Source of the DNA: a virus
Lineage: Duplodnaviria > Caudoviricetes
Virus record (IMG/VR): IMGVR_UViG_2808606954_000002
Span: 1-64,000 of that record
Direction: 5' to 3' (one strand)
Length of the DNA stretch: 64,000 nucleotides
Below, one piece after another: positions 54,019 to 62,442 of the stretch (the first letter of the stretch is position 1; each line of letters starts with the position of its first letter). A program made the translations under genes and the position numbers. Below the pieces are notes generated by a model. The model did no database searches. It saw nothing but the letters and a program-made list of their open reading frames with translations, and was not told the DNA's origin.

Positions 54019-55487
54019 ACGCCATCACCCCAATCGCCACCGACGCCTCAGAACTGGCCACCACCATCGACCGCGCGCGCACCGCGCTTGACGCTGGCGA
54101 TGTGCAGGTGGCTTTGCTGCTGTCATCGGGGGCCTATGAGCAAGCCAAGGCGGCGGGCGATTATGCCAAAAAGGTCAAAGCCAGTCATGATTTGATTGGC
54201 AAGGCGCGGCAAATGCAGGCTGACGCGCTGAAAATCGAAACCATGTGCACGATTGCAATGGCCGATTTTGTTGATGAAGCGCAGGCAGAAGGCAAGCTTT
54301 CGCGCGGGGGCAGGCCGCAAACGGTCCAAGATCAGGACCGTTTTTGTCTTGCGGACCTCGGCATTGATAAGCGCCGCCTGCTTGAAGCGCGCAAGCTGCG
54401 AAATGTGGAGCGCGCCAAGCCCGGCTTTATTGACCGCATTGTTGCGGCACGGCTGGCAGAAGGCTTGGAGCCGTCACGGGCATCGCTGAAAAGTGCCGCA
54501 AGCCATGCCATTGGCACCAAATCGGCATCGAAGGAAGAGCGCGGCGCTGATCTGTATGAGACGCCTATTGAAGCGATAAAAACCCTGCTGGCGCTGGAAA
54601 GCTTCGGCCTGACCGTGCTTGAACCAAGCGTTGGGCGGGGTGCCATTTTGCGGCCATTGGAGGCGGCTGGCTATGAGGTCAGTATTGCCGATCTGGAAGA
54701 TCGCGGCATTGCCACGCAATACGGTGAAAAACAGGCATTGGGTGATTTTCTCTTATCCAAGCGGGCAGGTGAGGGCTTCGATATTGTCACCAACCCCCCC
54801 TATGGCATTGCAAATGCTTACATTGCCCATGCGCTGCGCGAACATAAGCCGCGCAAAATGGCCATGCTGCTCAACCTCAATTTTCTCGCGGGCTTCGAAG
54901 ACCAGGACCGCTGCTATGTGATGGATGAATGCCCGCCTTCGCGCGTCTACGTGTTCACGCGCCGCCTGCCAATGATGCACCGCGACGGCTGGGATGGCAA
55001 CAAGGCCAGCAGCCAGATGAACACGGCATGGTTCATCTGGGAGCAAAACGAAGACGGCTCTTATGGCAGCGGGTTTCCGCAGATTATTCGGGTGGATTGG
55101 GAAAAATTTGCCCATGCGGAACCGCTGACGCCCGGCGCTGGCGGCAATATTTCACCGCTCACATTCGCGGAACCAGAAGAGGATTTTACGCGGGAAACGC
55201 CGCGCAAAACAATGGAAGAGCGAATCACAGAAGAGTTTGCGCGGGCGCTGGTTTTTGCCGGTGAGCGCAAGGGCAGCTTTGATTCTGTTGCTCTGCGACA
55301 AGGCATTGGTGTTCGGCCCACTGTGGCCGATGCGCTGATTGATAACATGGCCGCCAAAGGCCTGATTGAGCCTGTCGAGGCCAATCATTGGGCCATAACT
55401 GACCACGGCTGGACGGTGCTGGAAGCCACCGCCGCCGTGCTGCTGGGCGGCGAGATTTCAAAAATTGCAGAAAAGGGGGCGGCTTGA
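54015..55487 (+). CDS. N6-adenine DNA methyltransferase with N-terminal extension
   Basis: DLYETP, LEPSVGRG (SAM binding), IVTNPPY. Confidence 0.8.
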   Translation: MNAITPIATDASELATTIDRARTALDAGDVQVALLLSSGAYEQAKAAGDYAKKVKASHDLIGKARQMQADALKIETMCTIAMADFVDEAQAEGKLSRGGRPQTVQDQDRFCLADLGIDKRRLLEARKLRNVERAKPGFIDRIVAARLAEGLEPSRASLKSAASHAIGTKSASKEERGADLYETPIEAIKTLLALESFGLTVLEPSVGRGAILRPLEAAGYEVSIADLEDRGIATQYGEKQALGDFLLSKRAGEGFDIVTNPPYGIANAYIAHALREHKPRKMAMLLNLNFLAGFEDQDRCYVMDECPPSRVYVFTRRLPMMHRDGWDGNKASSQMNTAWFIWEQNEDGSYGSGFPQIIRVDWEKFAHAEPLTPGAGGNISPLTFAEPEEDFTRETPRKTMEERITEEFARALVFAGERKGSFDSVALRQGIGVRPTVADALIDNMAAKGLIEPVEANHWAITDHGWTVLEATAAVLLGGEISKIAEKGAA

Positions 55488-55774
55488 TGGATGATCTATC
55501 AGCTTTGGCGCGGCTGGAGCTTTGCAAGAGCGATGCGGATTTCGCGCGGTGGTTTTTGACGGAAAGCGATAGCGGTTTTTGTGCGGTTTTTGAGCAGGCA
55601 AATAACGAATTCCTGGCGGCGCAATTTGACGATGGTTTGCGGGCGCTCGACGTTCGGCGGTATGCGCTCAATGCGCAACGGCTGTCTGACGGCAACCTGC
55701 CGCAAACCATTCTTATGCGCCTCGAAGAGCAAAAATCACGGATGCGCGAAATTGCATCAAAGGGTGGTGCGTGA
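55484..55774 (+). CDS. Phage hypothetical protein
   Basis: Coupled ORF. Confidence 0.6.
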   Translation: MMDDLSALARLELCKSDADFARWFLTESDSGFCAVFEQANNEFLAAQFDDGLRALDVRRYALNAQRLSDGNLPQTILMRLEEQKSRMREIASKGGA

Positions 55775-56430
55775 TGGCTCAATCTCTCAAGGTTTTGATT
55801 GGCTGCGAAACGTCTGGCGTCATGCGCCGGGCCTTTGCTGACCTCGGCCATGATGTTTGGTCTTGCGACCTGTTGCCCGCCGACGATGGCAGCAACCGGC
55901 ATATTATCTGCGATGTGCGTGAGCTGCTGCAAGATGGCTGGGATTTGCTGGCCGTGATGCATCCGCCTTGCACACGGCTTTGCAACAGCGGTGTGCGGTG
56001 GCTGCATACGCCACCGCCTGGGCGAACCAAAGCCGAAATGTGGGCCGATCTTGACGCGGGTGCAGCCCTTTTTTCCGATTGCTGGAACGCGCCAATTGCG
56101 CGCGTGGCTATCGAAAACCCGATCATGCACAGATACGCGAAAGAGCGGATTTTGAATTATCAACCGCCTGCGCAAACCGTGCAGCCGTGGTGGTTTGGCG
56201 ATGAGGCATTCAAGGCCACATCGTTCTATCTGCGCGGCCTTGAACCATTGCAGGCCACACATCGGCTCTCGCCACCGAAAAGCGGCACGGCTGAGCACAA
56301 GCGGTGGTCTGCGGTGCATCGCGCACCGCCGGGCGCGGATCGCTGGAGAATAAGGTCAAAGACCTTTCCCGGCATTGCGGCGGCTGCGGCGGCGCAATGG
56401 GGCGGCTATGCGCTGGAGGTGGCGGCATGA
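55771..56430 (+). CDS. Short C5-cytosine DNA methyltransferase-like protein
   Basis: VLIGCETSG, HPPCT, IENP, RSKTFPGIA. Confidence 0.75.
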   Translation: MMAQSLKVLIGCETSGVMRRAFADLGHDVWSCDLLPADDGSNRHIICDVRELLQDGWDLLAVMHPPCTRLCNSGVRWLHTPPPGRTKAEMWADLDAGAALFSDCWNAPIARVAIENPIMHRYAKERILNYQPPAQTVQPWWFGDEAFKATSFYLRGLEPLQATHRLSPPKSGTAEHKRWSAVHRAPPGADRWRIRSKTFPGIAAAAAAQWGGYALEVAA

Positions 56431-57695
56431 GTTCGAAAGCTCGTTTTTCCATCATTCCCGGCTGGATCGTGACCGATTCGCGGTTGCGCGGAAAAGATTT
56501 GCAGATCCTGTGCTTGCTGGGTCGTCATACGGATAAAGAGGGCTGGTGCCGCCGATCACAGGTTAAAATGGCCGGTGAATTGTCCTGCGCACGGTCTACC
56601 GTGCATGACGCGCTCAATCGTCTGATTGAGATCGGCGCTGTTGAGCGGCATGTGGTGAGCGTGGATAATGGCCGCGACACCGCGCATTTTTACCGCGTGA
56701 TTTATGATCGGCCCGTGTCTGATAGCTATGCGCTAGAGGCAGACCTCACAGATGACGATTTGGAAAATTATTCCAATACCCCTGTCGATGAGGCGGCACC
56801 CCCTGCCGGTATACCGGCACCCCCTGCCGGTCCAGAACCGGCACCCCCTGCCGGTCCAGAACCGGCACCTATTAATGATCCTCTTATAACGCCCCTCTCT
56901 AAAGGAAACGGCGGGCGTGGGCGCGACGGGCAGGAAGAGAAGAATATTTCTGCTTTTGTAAGCGGGCAAGAACCGCAAACGTCGCGTCGGGCTGATCGCG
57001 AAAAGGTCGAAAGGCAATTCCAGCAATGGCTCAAGACGTGGCCTGGAGTGGGCAATCTCGATTTTGCGCGGAATGCTTGGCAGGCCTTGTCTGCCGATCA
57101 GCGTACGGCCTGCATCAATCAAACGCCTGCGTACCTCTCATGGGCTGATCGCAAGATTACAGCACCCGCCGTCTATCTCAAAAACAGGGCTTGGGAAGAC
57201 ATGCCAGAAGATGCGGGCGAGGCTGCGCGAACCCATGCCTTGGCGGGCTTTTGCGGCAAGCTTTGGGTGGGTCGCTGGTTTCAAGTGGTACTTTCTCCGC
57301 CTGAGGTCAGCCCGCTAACCAAAAGCGAAAGCGCCATGATTGAGCGCGGACACATGACCCGCGAAGCTGTGTTGCTTGGCAAGCGCCTCCAAAATGGCTG
57401 GCCTGAGGCTAACCGAATGCTTGATCTGGCGCGTGAATGCAAAGGTGTTTCCGTATCTTTGGCGCTCAAGCCATTTGTTGCAGATTTTCAATCTGTTGGC
57501 CGTGACACCGATCTTTTCAAAGCATGGAAGCGACTGCATGAGCGGCGCGGCTGGCCGCAAATCAAGAGGCCAATGCCGAATATCTGGCTGCCTGCGGTCG
57601 ATGCAGATGCGGTTGATCTTGATGCCGCTGTTGAGGTGGCGCTGGCGAATTTTGAACAGGCAATCAGCGAGGGGCGCGAAAATGATGCAGCATAA
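56427..57695 (+). CDS. Phage replication initiator (N-terminal HTH)
   Basis: SQVKMAGELSCARSTVHDALNRL HTH; internal iteron array. Confidence 0.8.
   Translation: MSSKARFSIIPGWIVTDSRLRGKDLQILCLLGRHTDKEGWCRRSQVKMAGELSCARSTVHDALNRLIEIGAVERHVVSVDNGRDTAHFYRVIYDRPVSDSYALEADLTDDDLENYSNTPVDEAAPPAGIPAPPAGPEPAPPAGPEPAPINDPLITPLSKGNGGRGRDGQEEKNISAFVSGQEPQTSRRADREKVERQFQQWLKTWPGVGNLDFARNAWQALSADQRTACINQTPAYLSWADRKITAPAVYLKNRAWEDMPEDAGEAARTHALAGFCGKLWVGRWFQVVLSPPEVSPLTKSESAMIERGHMTREAVLLGKRLQNGWPEANRMLDLARECKGVSVSLALKPFVADFQSVGRDTDLFKAWKRLHERRGWPQIKRPMPNIWLPAVDADAVDLDAAVEVALANFEQAISEGRENDAA
56795..56869 (+). repeat. Iteron-like tandem repeats (lytic origin)
   Basis: GGCACCCCCTGCCGGT at 56795, 56816 and 56840 plus a partial copy at 56864, followed by an AT-richer stretch. 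Confidence 0.75.
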
Positions 57696-58314
57696 GGATG
57701 TTTCTGGCGTAGCTATCGGCGGGCCGGTTTCGTGTGATGATTTTGAGCGCATGATTCGGCTGGATACATTGCGTTTGGGCCACAGGGATTGTGGCCTTAA
57801 GCGCCGGTGGTTTGCTGTTGCCGTTGCTTCTGGCCGGGAAAAGGCTGTGGAAAACGATTTGCAGGCATTGGGTGTTGAGGCGCTTGTGCCTTTGCGCAAG
57901 ATACCAAAACGCAAGCGCGGCCCTCGTGTCTTTCCTGAGCAATGGGTGCCTGTGATACATGGCTACATCTTGGTTTGCTTGCCTGCGCAGGTCGATATTT
58001 TGGCCGGTCTTTTGGGGGTCAAAGGGGTGCGCGGGCTGGTGGGTGGCTTTGAGTTTCCAAGGCCGTTGCTGACAGAAGAGGTCAATAATTTCAAAAGGCT
58101 GGCTAAGGCGGGCGCTTATGATGCCGATGTTGTTTGCGGCTTCACGTTGGCGCGTGATGAAAAGGTTCGCGTCAAGGCGGGGCCGTTTGCTGGCATGATG
58201 GCGGTAACGGTTACGCCATCGACGCGCGGCAAGGGTGAGGTTGTGGTTTTGATTGATCTGCTGGGTGCAATGGTGCCGGTCACGCTGCCTCTTGCGCTTG
58301 TCGAAAAACTGTGA
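57682..58314 (+). CDS. NusG/RfaH-family antiterminator paralogue
   Basis: WFAVAVASGREKAV...HGYILV NGN domain; VRVKAGPFAG KOW motif. Confidence 0.88.
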   Translation: MMQHKDVSGVAIGGPVSCDDFERMIRLDTLRLGHRDCGLKRRWFAVAVASGREKAVENDLQALGVEALVPLRKIPKRKRGPRVFPEQWVPVIHGYILVCLPAQVDILAGLLGVKGVRGLVGGFEFPRPLLTEEVNNFKRLAKAGAYDADVVCGFTLARDEKVRVKAGPFAGMMAVTVTPSTRGKGEVVVLIDLLGAMVPVTLPLALVEKL

Positions 58315-58321
58315 CAGTCAT

Positions 58322-58490
58322 TTGCTCATGGATAGCTGATGATCCTCTAGCGAACCTCACAAACGCCTGAGAATGGCGGGTAGAAATACCGAGGGCGAGT
58401 CGCGGGTCAGCTACCAGCCTTGACGGTCGCAAGCGGCGACATCGACTCAAGGTCAGTGCGTAAGCTATGCCCAAATGAATGAGTGAGCAG
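58322..58490 (+). ncRNA. Candidate structured late-leader RNA
   Basis: At least six nested stems, including GGTA-GAAA-TACC and CCTTGA/TCAAGG. Confidence 0.45.
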
Positions 58491-58724
58491 CAAGGCGGCC
58501 AATACGGTCGCCTTTTTGCGTATTTCAGGAGCTTTCCCATGTGCCGTTGTTCTGAGCGTCGTGAAATCATCCAGCATGTTGTTGATGCGGTTGCGGATGG
58601 CGACATTCAGGCAGCGGGCAATCAGGCGGCGGCTTTCGTGCAAACCGTGCGAAGTGACGCGGCGGACGCTGCGAGGGCGTCTGCCTCTGCCGTCCGAAAT
58701 GCTATCGCGAGGCTGCGCGGATGA
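58479..58724 (+). CDS. Phage hypothetical protein
   Basis: ATGA-coupled to the next gene. Confidence 0.5.
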   Translation: MSEQQGGQYGRLFAYFRSFPMCRCSERREIIQHVVDAVADGDIQAAGNQAAAFVQTVRSDAADAARASASAVRNAIARLRG

Positions 58725-59290
58725 TTGGTGTATCGATCAAAATCAGCGGCCTTGATCGCCAGATCAAATGGGTTGGCGGTCTGACGCCAAAAACCAAACT
58801 GGCAATCCGCAGCGGTATGAGCAACGGCGGCGACAAGGTTCGCACCGATGTGCGCAAAGCGCTCCAAATCGTGAGCGGTGCGACCAAATACGCCTCTGTC
58901 GTCAAGCGCAGCCAAGGCTTTTACGCGCCGTCATCTGCTCGTGGTGGTGCCTATGTCTTGCGGATTGGTCGCGGCGATGGTGACAACAAAAGCGCATTGC
59001 CGTGGCTTAAGGCGGATGAGTTTAAGGAGAGGGTCTCTAAAGCTGGGATTATTGCATCGCCATGGGCTAAACCTCGCTTGCTGAAACGCTCGTTTGCCAT
59101 CAAAGGCCGGGATGATGCCGACGCATACCGCGTCCGCCTGCCTGGACAACGCAAGACGCGGCGCATCTACGGCCCCAACCTTGCAAAAGAGTTCCTGACT
59201 GACATCCCGGCATACGTGGTCACGGGCAGCATCAAGACCCGCCTTGTCCCTGAGATCGGCAAGCGCCTCGATAAGGCATGGGGCATATAG
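58721..59290 (+). CDS. gpZ-like / phage late protein
   Basis: Basic protein ending RRIYGPNLAKE; typical position upstream of the terminase. Confidence 0.55.
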   Translation: MIGVSIKISGLDRQIKWVGGLTPKTKLAIRSGMSNGGDKVRTDVRKALQIVSGATKYASVVKRSQGFYAPSSARGGAYVLRIGRGDGDNKSALPWLKADEFKERVSKAGIIASPWAKPRLLKRSFAIKGRDDADAYRVRLPGQRKTRRIYGPNLAKEFLTDIPAYVVTGSIKTRLVPEIGKRLDKAWGI

Positions 59291-59367
59291 CCCCTCCCTA
59301 CCCCCACCCCCCCCCCTTTGGGTCCTTCCCCCACCCCCACCCCCCGCGATGCCGAACGCAGGCCGGG
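59291..59367 (+). other. Putative cos packaging region with poly-C runs
   Basis: Lambda cosQ-identical GGGTCCT at 59320-26; partial dyad at about 59343-59367; upstream of terS. Confidence 0.5.
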
Positions 59368-59426
59368 ATTTTGGTAGTTGCGGGGTTTGAAAAGTCATAC
59401 ACGCCCATGCACACCTGTGGGCAGGG

Positions 59427-59981
59427 ATGCACACCATGCACGGTTTGGTCAATTTGAGCCGGGCGGCTGAGTTGCTGACGGAAGCAGGGGACTCGGTTTC
59501 GCGGTCCTCGCTGTCAAGGTATGTCAAGAAATATGCGGATGCGCTGTTGCCGACTGAGGATGGCGGCAAGACATTCGTGAATTTCGAGGATCTGGCCAAG
59601 CACCGCCGCCAGAATATCCGCCTGGACCTTGGGGCGGAAGCGCCGACACAGCGGCCATCAATCAACAGCAATCGGGCCGACGAAGCGGCGCTTAACACCC
59701 GTGCGCAACGCTTGATGCGCGAAATCGAGCTTGGCAAAGAGCTGAAATTGTTGGTGCCGCGTGCTGAGGTGGAAGAGGCCGCGCGGGCGTCTGTCATGGC
59801 CATGCGCAACGCGCTGAGCATGGCGCTCAACGACACGGCGGAAGCCATTGCCGCCACGGCTGGCGTGGATGGCCGCTTGATCCGGCCACACTTGCGGGCC
59901 TTTGAACGCAAGGCGCTGGAAACCTTTAGACGCGACCTGACTGCTCGCCAGATGCTGGTTGAGGGAGGTGCGCCGGAGTAA
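59427..59981 (+). CDS. Terminase small subunit (Nu1-like)
   Basis: N-terminal HTH plus coiled coil; ELKLLVPRAEV. Confidence 0.75.
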   Translation: MHTMHGLVNLSRAAELLTEAGDSVSRSSLSRYVKKYADALLPTEDGGKTFVNFEDLAKHRRQNIRLDLGAEAPTQRPSINSNRADEAALNTRAQRLMREIELGKELKLLVPRAEVEEAARASVMAMRNALSMALNDTAEAIAATAGVDGRLIRPHLRAFERKALETFRRDLTARQMLVEGGAPE

Positions 59982-59988
59982 TGCCGGA

Positions 59989-62181
59989 ATGGAGGCGATT
60001 ACGGACATCCTCGACCATGAGGAGCTGACCGTTGAATATCTGCGCGGCGAGATGCCCAGCCTTGCCCATGGCGGGGCGGTTTTTTGCGCGGCGGTGATCA
60101 AGGCGGCGGAACCGGAAGAGGAATTGACAGTCAGCCAATGGGCTGACCGTTACCGCAAAGTCTCGGCGGAATCGGGATCGCCTTTCCCCGGCGATTGGAG
60201 CACAGATCGTGTGCCATACTTGCGCGAACCGCTTGATTGTCTGCATGAGGACCATCCAGCGCGCCGAGTAACCCTGAAATTCTCCGCTCAAACCGGAAAA
60301 TCAGAAGTTGGCGTGTGCTGGTTTGGCTATATCGTCGATAGAGCGCCCGCGCCGATCCTCACGATCCTGCCGACGCTGGATGAAGCGGTGAAATACAACC
60401 GCGTCAAGCTCCAGCCTACCATTGACGCAAGCCCGAAAATTCGCCACCGCGTGAAGGCGGAAAACAGCCGCGACGAAGGGGCCTCTACCTCGTCTTTCAA
60501 GCGGTTTTCGAACGGATTTAACCAGATCACCACGGCAACCTCCTCAAAAGGTTTGCAGATGATCTCGGTCAAATATCTCATCATGGATGAGGTGTCGGGT
60601 TATCCGGCTGACACCGATGGGCGTGGATCGCCGGTCGATCAGGCGCGGGCGCGTCAAAAGGCATTTGGTGAAAATTCGAAAGAATTGGTGGTTTCGACCC
60701 CCGGCGAGGTCGGCACCTGTCGTATCTCTTTGGAATATGATGCAGGCGATCAGCGGCGGCTCTACATGCCATGTTCGCAATGCGGCACATTCCAGCAATG
60801 GCCGTTTGAAAAGATGCGCGGGCCTGCGGCTGGTTCCAGCCGCCCACATTTTGTGTGTGATAATGGCTGTGTGGTTGAGCAAATCGACCGTGAGGCCATG
60901 TTGGCCGCACATCGCTGGGTGCCAACATGGGTTGAGGAGGGTGGAGAGCCTGTCCCGCAACTTATCGCGCCGGAAGACATCGACCATTGGGCTATCCCGC
61001 CTTGCACTGGGCGGGTGCGAGATAAGCAACCAAGTTGGGCGCATTGGGCGGCATGGTCACCGTTTGAACCATGGGCGGCCATCTGGCAGCGCAGTGTTGA
61101 AGCGTTTGGCGATCCGGCAAAGCTCAAGGTTTTCACCCAGCAGGATCTTGGTGAGGCCTATGAGGCCAAAAGCGACACGCCGGATTGGGAAAAGCTGCTG
61201 GCCTGCCGCACCAATTACAAACGTGGTGTGGTGCCTTATCCCGCCTGCGTCCTGTATGGCTTCTTTGACGTGCAGGGCAACCGTTTCGAGTGGGGGCTTT
61301 ACGCATTCGGGCCGGGCTTTCAGGCTTGGCCTGTAGATCGCGGCGTGATCAGCCACGATTACACCAGTGATGAGGCGTGGGAGGCCATTGATGCGATCAC
61401 CTCGCGCACATGGCCCACGGAAAACGGCAATGAGTTGGTCGTCAAACAATGGGGCATGGACACCGGCGCATACACGCAAACGCTCTATGACCGTGTTTCA
61501 CGCCGGTCGCAATTGCTGGCTTGCAAGGGTGAAAAAAACAAGCAAGCCGCCCCACTGAAGCTGACCCGCGCCGATCTCAAGGATGAGCGCGGCAATGTGA
61601 TTGCAGGGCGGCGTATCAATCTGGCTTTGATCGGCAACTTTGATCTGAAATTTGCAGTCTATGACGGGTTGCGAAGCCTTGTTGAAGGTCAAAAACCTGA
61701 CGGAACTTGGAAAAATAACACGCTCCACCTGCCTGAATGGTTTGGCGAGGATGAGCTGAAACAGCTCACGGCGGAAGTGCTGGTAGATACCCGCACGGAA
61801 ACCAACCGCAACGGCAAACGCGCGGCGTTGATCCGCCCCGGCGATGCCCGCGAATGGCGCAAGCGGTTTGGCTGGGCAAACGAAGGGCTTGATATTGCCG
61901 TTGGCTGCCGGGCTTTGGCCTGGGGCGATGGCGCGGGCCAGATCGACACTGCCCGCTGGCTGGAGCTGGTCGGGCAGGCCCATGGACTACAAGCAAAACA
62001 GTCCGCACAGATGGACCTTTTTGCCAAGAAACCACTGCCACAACAGGCCGATGAGGCCAAACAGGCGGCGCAAGCGCAACAACCACCACAGCCCGAACGC
62101 CTGCCGTTCCGGCCTGCCTCGGCAGGCCCAACCGCAGGGGGTGGCTTTGTGCCACGCCGTACAGGCTGGCTGCAACGATAG
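59989..62181 (+). CDS. Terminase large subunit (lambda GpA family)
   Basis: TVSQWADRYR, FSAQTGKSE, MDEVSGY, VSTP, FDVQGNR. Confidence 0.93.
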   Translation: MEAITDILDHEELTVEYLRGEMPSLAHGGAVFCAAVIKAAEPEEELTVSQWADRYRKVSAESGSPFPGDWSTDRVPYLREPLDCLHEDHPARRVTLKFSAQTGKSEVGVCWFGYIVDRAPAPILTILPTLDEAVKYNRVKLQPTIDASPKIRHRVKAENSRDEGASTSSFKRFSNGFNQITTATSSKGLQMISVKYLIMDEVSGYPADTDGRGSPVDQARARQKAFGENSKELVVSTPGEVGTCRISLEYDAGDQRRLYMPCSQCGTFQQWPFEKMRGPAAGSSRPHFVCDNGCVVEQIDREAMLAAHRWVPTWVEEGGEPVPQLIAPEDIDHWAIPPCTGRVRDKQPSWAHWAAWSPFEPWAAIWQRSVEAFGDPAKLKVFTQQDLGEAYEAKSDTPDWEKLLACRTNYKRGVVPYPACVLYGFFDVQGNRFEWGLYAFGPGFQAWPVDRGVISHDYTSDEAWEAIDAITSRTWPTENGNELVVKQWGMDTGAYTQTLYDRVSRRSQLLACKGEKNKQAAPLKLTRADLKDERGNVIAGRRINLALIGNFDLKFAVYDGLRSLVEGQKPDGTWKNNTLHLPEWFGEDELKQLTAEVLVDTRTETNRNGKRAALIRPGDAREWRKRFGWANEGLDIAVGCRALAWGDGAGQIDTARWLELVGQAHGLQAKQSAQMDLFAKKPLPQQADEAKQAAQAQQPPQPERLPFRPASAGPTAGGGFVPRRTGWLQR

Positions 62182-62190
62182 GAGATTGCT

Positions 62191-62442
62191 ATGGCTTGGA
62201 CACAAGTTGATCTCGATGCGCTCGACAAGGCGCTTGCCATGGGTGCGCGGGTGGTTGACCACCCCACAAACGGCAAGGTCGAGTATCGGTCGCTTAACGA
62301 GATGATCAAGCTCCGCGAAATGATCTCGCAAAGCTTGCGGGGTGTGACTGATACGCTTGCCGATAATCGTGTCGTTTCGGGTATGAATTGCGGGTTCACA
62401 CGCTCTTACAGCCTGTGTTCTAACGGGCGGCTGGTGCGCTAA
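62191..62442 (+). CDS. Head-tail joining protein (gpW-like)
   Basis: WTQ.DLDAL.KA.A.G...VEYRSLNEM. Confidence 0.85.
   Translation: MAWTQVDLDALDKALAMGARVVDHPTNGKVEYRSLNEMIKLREMISQSLRGVTDTLADNRVVSGMNCGFTRSYSLCSNGRLVR

Noticed and set aside
56795-56869. Repeat array as a mini-CRISPR
   Set aside because: Spacers are only 5-8 nt, the array is in frame inside a CDS, and no cas genes are present; better explained as iterons.
58330-58415. CTGATGA suggested a hammerhead ribozyme
   Set aside because: CTGA is itself paired with TCAG, there is no correctly placed GAAA/stem III, and the cleavage-site position would be G.
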